Origin: Eledone cirrhosa
Lineage: Eukaryota
NCBI GenBank assembly: GCA_964016885.1
Contig: CAXHJY010001490.1
Coordinates: 1-64,000 of the forward strand
Direction: 5' to 3'
Length of the DNA: 64,000 bases
Shown: positions 40,522 through 54,667 of the stretch, one piece after another
How positions within the stretch are numbered: position 1 is the stretch's first letter
How the letters are laid out: each line of letters begins with the position of its first letter
Position numbers and translations under genes: made by a program
Notes under the pieces: generated by a model
Seen by the model: the letters and a program-made list of their open reading frames with translations, nothing else
Told to the model about the DNA's origin: nothing
Databases searched by the model: none

Positions 40522-40871
40522 TATAAATTCTATAAAATGTACACAATGCAGATCTTGGGTACACAAGAGGTGTAGTGGGATAGCAGGCAAACTAACAGGT
40601 AGGGAAAACTACATAGACAGTAGATGTACAGGGAAATTTGACAGTAGAAGTGTCAGTGATAGGTACATTTTTCAAATGCAGGTAGGTTCTATAGAAGTGG
40701 TTGATAGCTTCCGCTACCTTGGTGATCAGATTAGCATGGGAGGGGGGTTCCAAGGTCATAGTATCTAGAATAAGGACGGGTGGAAGAAGTTTAGAGAGCT
40801 GCTTCCTCTGTTGACAAAGAAAGGTTTCTCCCTGCGTACGAAAGGCCGGTTATATGATGCCTGTGTGAGGT
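40522..40871 (+). mobile_element. RTE LINE subfamily B internal fragment
   Basis: Highly similar to ~61009-61359. Confidence 0.8.
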
Positions 40872-41019
40872 CTAAAGATATTAACTGCAGCTTTTATTTT
40901 TCAATTTCCTGTTGTTAAAGGCATGTTAGGTGCCGGTTATCGATCTCTCTCTCTCTCTCTCTCTCTCTTTCTTATTCTGTCTCTTTAGATAGATACATAG
41001 CTATAACTTCGCACCCTTA

Positions 41020-42191
41020 TAATATCTGTCTGTATGTCTGGTTGTCTGCATTACGACATTATGACAAAAATTGTTCTCGTTGCTGACATATTTTCTTCGC
41101 TAATTTCCGTTCATTGCCAGGGAACATTTTCACGAACCAAAGTATCATCTTCCTGTTTTCCTTTGGTTGCAACGTTTTTCGAAATATTTACTTCTGCGTT
41201 CACAGATTGATTTTTTTAGTTTCAGAAGATCCCTTTAAGGGTGAAAGCAGTGATTCTTAAATTTTAATCTGTTGTTTTAATATATAAATATATAATTATA
41301 TATTCATGTACAGATATTTTTGCATACACAAAACAAAATATAAACAAACGTATTTATTTCATGAAAGCACAGACGGCTTATCGTCATTGTTACTGCCGAT
41401 AAGCCACCCCAAAACCACCTACTTTTGGCACAAGGCCAGCAATTACATAGTCAAATGTTTGGAAATCACATGCATCACTGACGAGTTTATTCCTTACTCT
41501 ACCAGTTAGTCTTAGTGTACTTCGTCCTGCTTTTAGGCCATGCCTCGAAGGAAGAGATACTCCATTGGCCGAAATACTGCGAAAACGGCAAGAAAAAGAA
41601 CAAGGCGGGCAAACGAATCGTCAGTGGAATCTGCTATTCGACGGTCACAAGATGCTGAACGTACTGCCACCAAAAGAGCACTTGAAACAGACAACCAACG
41701 AACCATTCGCCGAACCGTGTCGGCTTTGCAATGTCTATCAACAAATCCCAGGGTCAGACCCTAGCTGTTGCTGGTCTTCTTTTGGAAGAAATCATGTTTT
41801 TCACACGGGCAACTATACATTGACTGCTCAAGAGTGGGAAGCAAGACAAATCTCTTTGCATATGCCCGACACAAGGAACATTGTGTACAAAGAGGTGCTA
41901 CAATCATTGTTTATGTAGACGAGGCAGAAGGGGATATACACAATTGGCTGAAGAAGGATGAGACTGTGTTAGTAGTACAACCAACGGCTGCAAAAACAAC
42001 AACAAAAATGAGAGGGAACGCAATTACATGCTTTTGAAAAATCTTAATGGAAAATTATTTGCCTAAGCACAAAATGTAGACACCATCCCCAGGCCGAAGT
42101 ATTCCGTACTTCTCTGTACTGTTTCAGAAAGGAGGGATAAACATGCCAATCTATGTTTAGAAGCCTGAACAACGCCGGTCCATTCTGCTAG
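41020..42191 (+). mobile_element. Internally deleted non-autonomous Helitron (5' boundary approximate)
   Basis: N-terminus MPRRKRYSIGR... (41540) abuts helicase C-terminus CFSHGQLYIDCSRVG..RNIVYKEVL. 3' end gcctgaacaacgccggt..ctgCTAG|t at 42191. Confidence 0.75.
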
Positions 42192-42289
42192 TATATATAT
42201 ATACGTATAGATATATATATGCATGTATGTATATATATACATGTATATATATATATACGTATACATATATATATATACGTATATATACA

Positions 42290-43730
42290 TATTGTTTTCA
42301 GCAATCCTGATAAGGCTGATCTGGGCTGTGTCAGTGATGTTAATCCCCAACACGCTATATCAGACATAAAGTTTGGCACCCCTGATGTCTTAGCGGCAAT
42401 AAACGAAATTAAACACAATTCAGCAGTTGGCCCCGACAAGTTCCCTGCTTGTGTCCTGAAGGTGTGTCGACACCAACTTACATCTCCTCTTGCTAATCTG
42501 TGGAGGAACTCACTGGACACTGGCTATATTCCTGAAAACTTTCTCTCCCAGTCTGTTATCCCAGTCTTCAAAAAGGGAAATAAGTCCCTTGCAGTGAACT
42601 ACCGTCCGATCTCACTCACCTCTCATATCATCAAGGTACTTGAGAGGGTGGTGTGATCACGAATAACCCACTTTCTCGAAAGCAACACACTGCTGAACTC
42701 CAACCAACATGGGTTCCATAATAGAAGGGACTGCCTAACGCAGCTCCTGCATCACTTTAACAATGTTTTGAGAGCCTTGGGAGAGGGCTCCAAGACTGAT
42801 GTCATCTACCTTGATTTCAGCAAGGCCTTTGATGGGGTTGATCATAAAATTCTACTGAAAAAATATTAGATATAATATTGGTGTCTCTGGAAAGTTACTA
42901 CAGTGGATCAAATGTTTCCTGACAGGCAGAACACAACATGTTGTAGTCGAAGGAGTAAAATCAAGCCCTGCCAAAGTCAGTAGTGGCGTCCCACAAGGTA
43001 CTGTGTTGGGCACACTTCTTTTTATCATCTACATTAATGACATTACTGACATTATCAAGCACAACATAAGAATCTTTGCAGATGATTCCAAGCTCCAAAG
43101 GACCATCAATGAGGTGGGTGACCGGACTTGCCTTCAGTCAAACCTACTGGCTGTTATCCAATGAGCAGAAAAGAATAATATGCTGTTGAATGAGGATAAG
43201 TTTGCGTTAATTCACTTTCGAAAAAAGGATGCCCTGAAACTCCCATACTCTCTTCCTTCGAGTGAAACTCCCGTGGCATCCAACAACACCAGAGACCTGG
43301 GAGTAATTGTGGACAACAACATAAGCTGGGCCACTCATATAAACAGGAAAGTTGACATGGCCCGCAGAATGTGTTCCTGGATTTTCAGAACCTTCTAGTC
43401 GAGAGATATCCACACTGTTATTCTTCTCTTCTCCACGTTTGCCCGACCCCACTTTAAATACTGTTGTCCACTATTGTCTCTCTACACAAAACAAAGTATC
43501 ATGAAAGTTGAAGCACCTCAAAGGTCAATTACAAAAAAGATAGATGGCATGACAGACCTTTACTATTGGAGTCAATTAGAAAAGCTCAACCTTTATTCTC
43601 TCCAACGTCACCGTGAGCGCTACATTATCTGTATGATGTGGAAAATATTCCATCAGCATTGCCCAAATGATGTTGGCATCACCTTTAAGGTACACCTAAG
43701 GCTTGGGCCCTGTGCTATCCGCCTGTCTGT
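42290..43730 (+). mobile_element. CR1/L2-group LINE reverse transcriptase remnant
   Basis: GPDKFP...IPVFKKGNKSLAVNYRPISLTS; NQHGF; DVIYLDFSKAFD; SGVPQGTVLG; IFADDSKL; RDLGVIVD. Stops and frameshifts present. Confidence 0.88.
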
Positions 43731-44662
43731 TTTCTAAAATTGTAGGGACGTCATCTGAATGAGATTTGGCTGCTATTTCTAGTAGGTTGAAAAACCATGT
43801 AGAGGCTACCTTGTATGATGGTATGTAATGGTATGTAACGGTGGTGTATGAGGGTGTGTGGAGTGTAAGTTATCATGAGGGCATGTGGGTGGGTATAATG
43901 GCATGTGGTGGTGTGGGTGACAAGGGTGGTATGTAGGTGTGGGGGTGGGAAGGGTGGTATGTAAGTGTGGGGGTGAGAAGGGGGGTATGTAGGTGTGGGC
44001 TGGGAAGGGTGGTAGGTATGTATGGGGGTGGGAAGGGTGGTATGGGGGGGGGGATAAGAGAAATGGGGTAGAATTAAGAATCTAATATATGCCAGGAATT
44101 AAGAAATTTTATTTTCCAAAAAGAAACCTTGAGTCATGTGACCACTGGTTGGATTTCTAGACATGTTATATGTATGTGTGTGTATGTTACCATCTACACA
44201 TATGTGTGTGTGTGTTAACATTTACACGTGTGTGTGTGTTACCATCTACAAGTGTGTGTATGTTAACATTCACATGTGTGTGTATGTATATGTACATATG
44301 TTGTAGGTATATGTACATATGTAGTGTGTATGTATATGTACATATGTTGTGTGTATGTATATGTACATATGTGTGTATGTATATATGTTGTGTGTATGTA
44401 TATGTATGTTACAGTATGATTGAACTATTTTAAAGAAATCTTTAATTTGTTTAAGAATTTTATTTCTCGCTCTAGCACAGCTGATACATAAAAGTATGCA
44501 TACATACACACATTGGCAGAGAGATATACAGCCCTGATGAAGGGTAACGACCCAGAAACATAATGATTGTTCCTCAAAGCCAGTGTTGAACAAACAGGTA
44601 CAACACAGCTTCTAATTGGGCTCGGTTGTTTACAAACAAATCGAATATAATTATTAATGTTC

Positions 44663-44763
44663 AAGGTTGACTTTGCCTTTCATCCTTACGGGGTCGATAA
44701 AATAAAGTACCAGTAATGTACTGGGTAATTGCTGGCCTTGTGCCTAAAGTAGAAACAATTATT
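44663..44763 (+). mobile_element. 5'-truncated SINE family A copy
   Basis: aaggttgactttgcctttcatccttacggggtcgataaaataaagtaccag...gtagaaacaatt is the reverse complement of the family A 3' half. Confidence 0.75.
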
Positions 44764-44771
44764 AATGTTCA

Positions 44772-45085
44772 ACTGGTGGGAGAGATGTCTTGAGGGGTGA
44801 AGACTTTAGTGTGGACTGGTGGGAGAGCTGTCTTAAGGGAAGGAAGACTTTAGTGTGGACTGGTGGGAGAGATATCTTGAGGGAGGGAAGACTTTAGTGT
44901 GGACTGGTGGGAGAGATGTCTTGAGGGAGGGAAGACTTTAGTGTGGACTGGTGGGAGAGATGTCTTGAGGGAGGGAAGACTTTAGTGTGGACTGGTGGGA
45001 GAGATGTCTTGAGGGAGGGAAGACTAGTGTGGACTGGTGGGAGAGATGTCTTGAGGGAGGGAAGACTTTAGTGTGGACTGGTGGG
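44772..45085. repeat. 44-bp minisatellite, ~7 copies
   Basis: Unit actggtgggagagatgtcttgagggagggaagactttagtgtgg. Confidence 0.95.
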
Positions 45086-45971
45086 TGTAGTGCTGTAATG
45101 TGGGTCTAAGATGTTTGTATGTACTTAACGGCAACACTGTCTGAGATGTTGGAACATTACTCCATTGGGGGTCTCTCATCAGCTTTATTCATAGTTAATA
45201 ATTGGAGGGGCTGAAGTAAATTCTGGTTCTGAAGAGGTGGATAATTCATTGTGATGCTGTGGCTACATGTATATATATATATATATATGTGTGTGTATAT
45301 ATATATATATCTGTGTATATATGTGTGTATGTCAGCATTCTTCTAGGAGAAGGCAACTCAGGAAACTGGGATAACTCCAATATAAAACCTGCAGCTCAGT
45401 GGTCACTGATGATGTTCATCTTTTCTTCTTTTCGGGTTACAGCTAGTGTCGCTTAGAGAGTGGGATTGGCTCTGTGCACAGAGATCAGTGCCTCCATTGA
45501 ATTGAAGTGCCCTGAGTGCGGAAAGATGGAAAGATTTGCTTGAGCAAATCTGGTCTCAGGAGCCACAGTCGCAGCCATGTTCAAAGAGAACCAGTGAACT
45601 ATGATCTCCACGGTGTTGTGAGGGTTCACGGGCAACCTGATGCGGGACCTCAAGCCAGGGAGATCCATAGTTGTCATCAGTGTGCGAAGGAGTACTTTAG
45701 CAGGCTTGAAAAGCCATATCTGAGCGTCACAATTTGAATCTGACAAGCGATTGCAATACTCTTGGCAGAGTTTGCAGCCATCATGTATGGATGTGTGTGT
45801 ATATGTGTACACACATGTATATATACACACACATACACACATGTGTATATACGTGTGTGTATATATGTGCGTGTATATATGTGTGTATATATGTGTGTAT
45901 GTGTATATGTGTGTATATGTGTGTGTATGTATGTATGTGTGTGTGTATGTATGTGTGTGTGTATGTATGTA

Positions 45972-46003
<32 letters not shown>

Positions 46004-48251
46004 TATGTATGTGTTTGTGTGTGTATGTATGTGTGTGTGTGAGTATGTGTGTGTGTGTGAGTATGTGTGTGTGTGAATATGTGTGTATGTATGTGTATGT
46101 GTGTATGTATGTATGTGTGTATGTGTGTATGCATTATGTGTGTGTATGTATGTATGTATGTATATATGTATCTGTGTGTATAAACCTGTCAAAGGGCAAA
46201 GGAGCTCTTAAGAGTCAATGGCCATCCAAAATCACCGGGAGAGATGACCCCTTAGCCTTTTTCAAGGCAGAATTCTAGGAGAAGGAAAACTCTGATATAA
46301 CACCTGCAACTCTGATGGTATCCAATGATGTTGACTTGTTCTTCTTTTTGGTAAATATCATCTTGGTTAAGAGAGTGGGACTGGCTATGTGCAGTGCCTT
46401 TGCTCACTATAAAAGCTTCACAGCACAGGCATTGCTTTATATCTGGAGATCTCTCTGCACTTGTCGTCACATGGTACCATGGGCCCAGCACTATGTGTCA
46501 ATAATTGTCACAAGTGTAGTATTTGTACCAGAGTTTTCAAGGTCGCTGGCTGGACTAAAATGTCACACTCGTTCAGCGCATCAGTAGGGATTCTCCTACA
46601 TGGATATAAAGTAGTGGCCGTACTCGAAAACGAGTTGGCAGCCACCATGTGTGTATGTATGTGTGTGTGTGTCTGTGTGTGTGTGTATGTGTGAGTGTGT
46701 GTGTGTATGTGTGAGTATGTGTGTGTGAGTATGTGTGTATGTATGTATGTATGTATGTATGTGTGTATATATGTATGTATGTATATGTGTGTGTGTGTAT
46801 GTGTGTGTGTGTGCCTGTTTCTATGATTTCATAGATGATGATGATGGTCATAGCGTTGCTAGTAGTAGTGGTAGTAGTATTAGTGGTAATGGTGGTGGTG
46901 GTAGTGGTGGTGGTGGTAGTGATAGTAGTGGTAGTAATGGTTGTTGAGGTGGTGGTAGTAGTAGTAGTAGTGGTGGTGGTCGTAGTAGTAGTAGTAGATA
47001 CCTTCACCACCACCACAACCACCACCACCACCACCACAACCACAGTCACCACCACCACCACCACAGACACACCACCACCACAGACACCACCACCATTGCC
47101 ACCACCACCACAGACACCACCACCACCACCACAGACACCACCACCACAGACACCACCACAGACACACCACCACCACCACCACAGACACACCTCCATTGCC
47201 GCCACCACAGACACACCACCAGCACCACCACTGACACCTCCATTGCCGCCACCACAGACACACCACCACCATCACCACCACAGACACACCACCACCATCA
47301 CCACCACAGACACACCACCACCACCACCACCACCGACACCACCATTGCCACCACCACAGACACACCACCACCACCACCACTGACACCACCATTGCCGCCA
47401 CCACAGACACACCACCACCACCACCACTGACACCTCCATTGCCGCCACCACAGACACACCACCACCATCACCACCACAGACACCACCGCCGCCACCACCA
47501 CAGACACACCACCACCATTGCCACCACCACAGACACACCACCACCACCACCACCGACACCACCATTGCCACCACCACAGACACACCACCACCACCACCAC
47601 TGACACCACCATTGCCGCCACCACAGACACACCGCCACCACCACCACTGACACCACCATTGCCGCCACCACAGACACACCACCACCACCACCACTGACAC
47701 CACCATTGCCGCCACCACAGACACACCACCACCACCACCACTGACACCTCCATTGCCGCCACCACAGACACACCACCACCATCACCACCACAGACACACC
47801 ACCACCACCACCACCACAGACACCACCGCCGCCACCACCACAGACACACCACCGCCACCACCATTTAAACAAATGGATCAAGAGAGTGTGTGGTGGTGGG
47901 GGAGTAAAGTCTATATATATCCCCCTAACTTGATGTTGTATAAGAGTTTGGGTGGATCCAAACATCCCAGCTCCACCCCTTCCAACTATTTCTAAGTGAA
48001 GTGCTTCACATAAATAGCAGCTTCCGCTATTTTAACACACACACCCTTCGGCTGGTGGGCTCCATGTTGGTTACATGAAGGTCAAATTTAACCTCTTATT
48101 TGCTCCAGAGTTGAAAAGGTGAGATGCTGGCCATTTTCTGGAGGTTTTTTTCAGCAAGTTCAGTCACTTATTTCGTTAAATAGATCAAATATAGATAAGA
48201 AGCACTACACAATAATTCATAGGCATAGAGAAGTTTTTGTTCGCACAATGG

Positions 48252-48770
48252 TCTATATATCCAGCCAACATCTACACACTGTGTCTATATATCTATATAT
48301 CCAGCCAACATCTACACACTGTGTCTATATATCTATATATCCAGCCAACATCTACACACTGTGTCTATATATCTATATATCCAGCCAACATCTACACACT
48401 GTGTCTATATATCTATATATCCAGCCAACATCTACACACTGTGTCTATATATCTATATATCCAGCCAACATCTACACACTGTGTCTATATATCTATATAT
48501 ACAGCCAACATCTACACACTGTGTCTATATATCTATATATACAGCCAACATCTACACACTGTGTCTATATATCTATATATACAGCCAACATCTACACACT
48601 GTGTCTATATATCTATATATACAGCCAACATCTACACACTGTGTCTATATATCTATATATCCAGCCAACATCTACACACTGTGTCTATATATCTATATAT
48701 CCAGCCAACATCTACACACTGTGTCTATATATCTATATATACAGCCAACATCTACACACTGTGTCTATAT
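48252..48770. repeat. 40-bp minisatellite, ~13 highly homogeneous copies
   Basis: Unit (c/a)cagccaacatctacacactgtgtctatatatctatatat. Confidence 0.95.
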
Positions 48771-48845
48771 AACCTGTCACAGCTACAGGTTGTGTCTCTA
48801 TATATACACAAACTTCAAGAAATGAGACAATCACTTGATCACCTA

Positions 48846-50370
48846 TACATCATCATTAACTGCTATAAGGGCAAAGGAGACGCTCTAAATAGAGGCATTA
48901 AGTTAGTTGACAAGGTCATGAAGGTCACAGAAAAAGTTATTGCACAGCTGATTAAGGACCAAATTGAGCTAGATGAAATATAGTCCCAATTAAAAGTAAA
49001 CCTTTCTATTTAACTGTTGTTGACTTGGAGAAAGCCTTGACAGAATCCCTTGCTCCATTATCTGGTGGGCTCTTAGAAAACTAGGAGTAGATGAGTGGCT
49101 TGTGAAGGCTGTACAAGCCATGTATAAAGGAATAGTCAACAAGGTTAGAATTAACTGAGTGAAGAATTTAGCGTAGAAGTAGGTGTTCACCAAGGCTCTG
49201 TCCTTAGCCCCCTCCTGTTTATTATTGTCCTACAGGCTATAACAGACGAGTTTAAGACTGGCTGCCCATGGGAACTTCTATATTCAGATGATCTAACTCT
49301 CATAGCTCAATCTATGGCAGAACTAGAGAAGAAATTCCAAATATATGGAAGCATGGCCTACAGGTTCGCTCTGAGAAATGGCCTTACTTAGTGTGTAGGA
49401 AAGGAGTAGGTAGATATTCTATTCTATATCCCAAATGCAAACTAAGGGTACATAAAAGATGTAGTGGGATCACAGGCAAGCTATCTTAGAATATAGATTT
49501 TATATGTAGCCAATGCTCAGGTGCAGTAAGTAGGAAGTGCCCACAAGACACTAGCTCCTTCTGCAGCCCAGATGGTTCTATAGAAATAGTATACACTTTC
49601 CATTACCTGGGTGACAAAATCAGCAGAGGAGGAGGGTGTTCTGAAAGTGCAGTAGCCAGAGTTAGAATGGGATGGAAAAAGTTCAGAGAGCTAATACCAC
49701 TGTTGGCCACAAAAGGTTTCTCTCTAAAAATGAAAGGCAGATTGTATGATGCTTGTATACGAACAGCAATGTTACATGGCAGTGAGACCTGGGCATTGTG
49801 TGCAGAGGATCTGTGCAGATTAGAAAGAAACGAAGCTTGCATGCCCCGATGAATGTGTAATATACAAACGGCAAAACGTAAATGAACTAAGAGAGAAATC
49901 AGCCATAAGAGGGATCAGATGCTGTCCACTAGAGAGGAGATTGCATTGGTATGGTCATGTGATGCATATGAAAGATGACAGCTATATAAAAAGAGTGCAG
50001 GGCGATCAAAATTGATGGAAGCTATGGAGTAGGTAGACCAAGCAAGACCTGGGATGATGTGATAAAAGCTGACCTTGCACACTTGAACCTCTCAAAGACA
50101 ATAACATAGGATCAAGATCTTTGGCGCTGTGCAGTAACACAGAAGACTCGTCTTGTAGGTACCTCTTAACCCAATATACACCCTATACCCCCACCTTCCA
50201 GTCCAAACTGTAAGGTGGTCGTCATTAGGAAGGGCTTCCAGCCGTAGAAAACCAGCCAGAAACAGTCCTATAAGAGTGAGACATGGTCACCCAATGAAAT
50301 TTGCCTCAAATGGGACAAACCCGTCTAACCCATGCTAGCGTGGAAGATAGACGTTAAATGATGAAGATGA
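48846..50370 (+). mobile_element. 5'-truncated RTE LINE subfamily A
   Basis: NCYKGKGD...VHQGSVLSP...LHGSETW, 3'UTR and tail; reverse-complement homologue of ~22800-24550. Confidence 0.88.
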
Positions 50371-50666
50371 TATATATATATGTGTATATATATCCAGTCA
50401 ACATCTACACAGTGTCTATATATCTAGTAAATATGTCTATCAAATCAACATCTAAGTAATCAATCAATCCAAGTAATCTATCCATCTATCTGTCTGTCTA
50501 TATATCTATCTAACCATCTCTATCACTATCTATCTATCTATCTAACCATACCTTTCTATTTAACCATATATCTATCTCTTTCTGCCTGTCTATCTATCTA
50601 TTTATCCATATCTGTCTGTCTAACCATATCTATCTATCCATATCTATCTATCTATCTGTCTATCTA

Positions 50667-50697
<31 letters not shown>

Positions 50698-50734
50698 CTA
50701 TCCATATCTATCTATCTATCTGTCTATCTATCTA

Positions 50735-50767
<33 letters not shown>

Positions 50768-50827
50768 CGTTTCTGAATTTGTTTAGCAAGATTCTTTATC
50801 TGAAAACGTGTGTTGAAACCAATATTG

Positions 50828-51200
50828 TTATACTTGGGGAGGGTCATGTTGCCAATAAGAAACACACGCACCAGTTGCTTTCACTTCAATTTATTATAAA
50901 TTTCCGGTTGGTTGGTTGGTTCCACAACCAGATGACTGTTCATATATTGTCAAAGTTCTTCCGTCACACATTCTGTGACCTCTTCAAAAACAAAGAAAAG
51001 AATCCCCAGTCACTGAAGAGGTCACAGAATGTGTGACGAAAGAACTTTGACAATATATGAACAATCATCTGGTTGTGGAACCAACCAACCAACCGGAAAT
51101 TTATAAATTCTTAAATTTATAAATTTAATTTATAATAAATTGAAGTGAAAGCAACTGGTGCGTGTGTTTCTTATTGGCAACATGACCCTCTCAAGTATAA
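50828..51200. mobile_element. Inverted pair of Penelope-like terminal-repeat fragments with a minimal hammerhead-like motif (51009-51051, +)
   Basis: Arms 50828-50986 and 51014-51200 are reverse complements (arm 2 has a short AT-rich insertion). Motif GTCA-CTGAAGA-g-GTCACA/TGTGAC-GAAA-GAAC-TT-TGAC. Confidence 0.6.
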
Positions 51201-51207
51201 GTATAAC

Positions 51208-51238
<31 letters not shown>

Positions 51239-51364
51239 CTATCTACAGCTATGTTGCGAGCCTCAACCGGAATGTTCCACACATCATTTTATGTGAATTC
51301 ACAAATACCTTCCATGATATAAAAAATAATATATATACACTATGATGATGATGACACACACACT

Positions 51365-51416
<52 letters not shown>

Positions 51417-51447
51417 AATATATATATATATATATATATATACCCCT

Positions 51448-51830
51448 CTATGCCACAAGTGACGTCAGTGAGATCCCCCTGTAGTTGTTGGTGTTAGAGA
51501 GACATCCCTTCTTTGGCACTGAGACGATGTTACTGATCCTCCACTGATTCGTGGCAACTCCTTTCTCCAGTGCCTGGTTACAGAACCCCAGGATGATATC
51601 AAAATCACACCTCTTCATCACCTCTGATGCCACTCCATCTTCTCCATGAGCCTTGCCCTCCTTGATCTTCTTCTTGGCTTATTGAAGCTCCTCTCCTCTC
51701 TGGTGAAGGGCTCTGTCTCCAGGGAATAGGGCCCGAGGATAGGAAGAGGAAATGGCTAGACCATTTTAAGACCCTACTAGGAGAACCGCCCTCCACAGCC
51801 CAGAGCACTGGGGAGATCAGGCGGCTGTTT
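51448..51830. mobile_element. LINE RT fragment with internal inversion
   Basis: Minus part encodes NIVSVPKKGCLSNTNNYRGISLTS; the adjoining plus part encodes upstream-type RKRKWLDHFKTLLGEPP. Confidence 0.55.
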
Positions 51831-51876
51831 GAAGAACTATATATATGTATACACATATATTCTTTTTTTTTATGAC

Positions 51877-54439
51877 CATGTTGTAAAATGGAGGGGTAGA
51901 GAGGGCCCTTGAGTCTAGTAAGACATCCTCTCTAGTGCTGGTGGCACAAATAAAAGCACCCAGTCCATGCTGTAAAGTGGCACTGGTGTTGGGAAGGGCA
52001 TCCAACCAGTGTATCAATGCCAAAACAATTATGAGCACAGCAACAAATAGATAGGAACAACAAAATATGAAGACGTCGCATCTCAGAGTTGCAACACTAA
52101 ATGTTGGCACTCTCAGAGGTAGATCTGGTGAAATAGCGGAGATGCTGGAGAGAAGGCATGTGGATGTGTGCCGCGTGCAAGAGGTGAGATGGAGAGGTGC
52201 CTCTGCGAGACTAGTCATAGGCAAACATCTTAGCTATAAGCTTTTCTGGGTAGGTAAGGATGATGGGTGAGGGGGAGTAGGCATTTTCCTGGCTGAGAAA
52301 TGGATCAATAAGACAATAGAGGTAGTTCGAGTTAGTAATCAAATAATTAAGCTTAGATTAGTTGTAGGCAGGAGACTACTGACAATCATCTCTGCCTATG
52401 CTCCCCAAGCAGGCCTAGGCAAAGATGAGAAAGACTGCTTTTACGAGCAACTTTTACAAACAACCGCAATGACAGAGGACGGAGACATTGTTATGCTAGC
52501 AGGGGACTTTAATGGTCATGTTGGACAGCTCCAGGATGGTTTCACTGGGGTACATGGTGGGCACAGTTATGGCTCAAGAAATGAAGAAGGAGTGAGACTT
52601 CTTAAATTTTGTGATGCAAGTACACTGACTATTTGCAACACAAACTTCCAGAAACCTGCTAACCACCTAATAACCTACAAATCTGGCGAGCACATAAGCC
52701 AGATTGACTTCTTACTAGTTAGGCAGCAGAACAGGCGGATAGTGTCTAATACCAAGGCATACCCTGGGGAAGAATGTACCCCACAGCATAGGTTAGTTGT
52801 TAGTGATATCTCAGTAAGCAACAGATGGAATGAGACATACAGGAAGGTGTGAAGAAGAAAGGTCTGGAAGCTAAAAGACCTTTCACTAAAATACAAATTT
52901 AGGAAAGCCCTTCAAGATGTGTATGACGAAAAAGAAGATAATTTAGAGACATGTGACATAGATAATAACTGGAATTTCTTACGTGACAACTTACTGCAGG
53001 CTACTGATGAAACTTGTGGCTGTAGCAGAGCTCCAACCAGAAAGAGAGTGACATGGTGGTGGAACAGCACAGTAGATAAGGCCATTAGAGACAAAAGACT
53101 AGCATGGAAAGCTTGGAAAAAGGGTGGGAGTAGGGAAGAATATACAGCCACTAAGAAAGAAGCTAGACGTCAGGTGTACTTAGCACGCAGGCAGGCTGAG
53201 AGTAGGAGGTTTGCCAATGTTCTGCGACAGGAAGATCAGAGGCGTACAGTGTTCCACAGTACAAGGCAGTGTGTCAATGCAAATCAGGATGTTGTTGGAG
53301 ATAAATGTGTCCGGAACGATGCTGGTGTACTTAGTGTCACGAATGATCAGAAAAAGGAGGCCTGGAAATGTCATTATGAGAGACTGATGAATGTGGAGAA
53401 CGAATGGGAGAGAGAGAAATTACTCTCAGTAGATCTGACAGAGGGACCAACTATTGAGATTGACGAATATAAGGTCCAAGAGGTGATTAAGGAAATGAAA
53501 AATGGTAAGGCTGCTGGACCATCGGGAATAGTTGCTGAGATGCTGAAGGCATCAGAGGACGTAGGCACTAAACTGGTTGCACACATCATCAATCAGGCTA
53601 TATATGGTGGTGTCATACCCAAAGACTGGTGCAGCAGTATTCTCATAAATTGCTACAAAGGTAAAGGGGAAGCTCTGGAGAGGAGCAATTATAGGGGTAT
53701 AAAACTGATGGATCAGGTTATGAAAGTGGCAGAAAGGATATTAGCACAACTGGATATTAGCACAACTAATTAGAGAAAGGGTCAAACTAGATGAGATGCA
53801 GTTTGGTTTTGTGCCTGGGAAGAGTACAACAGATGCCTTCTTCTTTGTGAGACAACTGCAAGAGAGGTTCTTAGAGAAAAATAAGCCACTATACTTAGCC
53901 TTTGTTGACCTAGAGAAGGCCTTTGATAGGGTACCCCGATCTGTCATCTGGTGGTCCCTAAGGAAACAAGGTGTTGAGGAATGGCTTGTGAGGACAGTGC
54001 AAACTTTGTACAGAGGTACTGTCAGTAAAGTCAGGGTAGGAATGGAGTTTAGTGAGGAATTCCAGATACAAGTAGGAGTACATCAAGGTTCGGTCCTCAG
54101 CCCGCTCTTTATAGTCCTCCAAGCCATAACAGAGCAGTTTAAGACTGGCTGTCCATGGGAACTTCTCCATGCTGACGATCTGGTTCTTATAGCAGAATCA
54201 ATAGAGGAGCTAGAGAATAAATTCTGGCTATTGAAACAGCAGTTGGAAGCAAGAGGACTGAGAGTGAACCTAGCTAAGACAAAAGTGTTGATGAGTAGAA
54301 AAGAGGACAAAACTCTGATTCCGTCAGGTAAATGGCCATGTTCGATATGCAGAAAAGTAACTGGCATAAATTCTATAAAATGCACACAATGCAGATCCTG
54401 GGTACACAAGAGATGTAGCAGGATAACAGGCAAACTAAC

Positions 54440-54440
<1 letters not shown>
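51877..54440 (+). mobile_element. RTE-type LINE subfamily B, 5' two-thirds (5'UTR, APE, RT), truncated at a (TA/CA)n array
   Basis: MKTSHLRVATLNVGTL...AGDFNGHVG...SQIDFLL...NYRGIKLMD...[13 protein letters not shown]...VHQGSVLSP...HADDL; few lesions. Confidence 0.92.
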
Positions 54441-54513
<73 letters not shown>

Positions 54514-54667
54514 ACATATACATATATATACATATACATATATATACATATATATACATATACATATACATACATATACATATACATACATATACATACA
54601 CATACATATACATACATATACATATACATACATATACATATACATACATATATATATATACATACAT

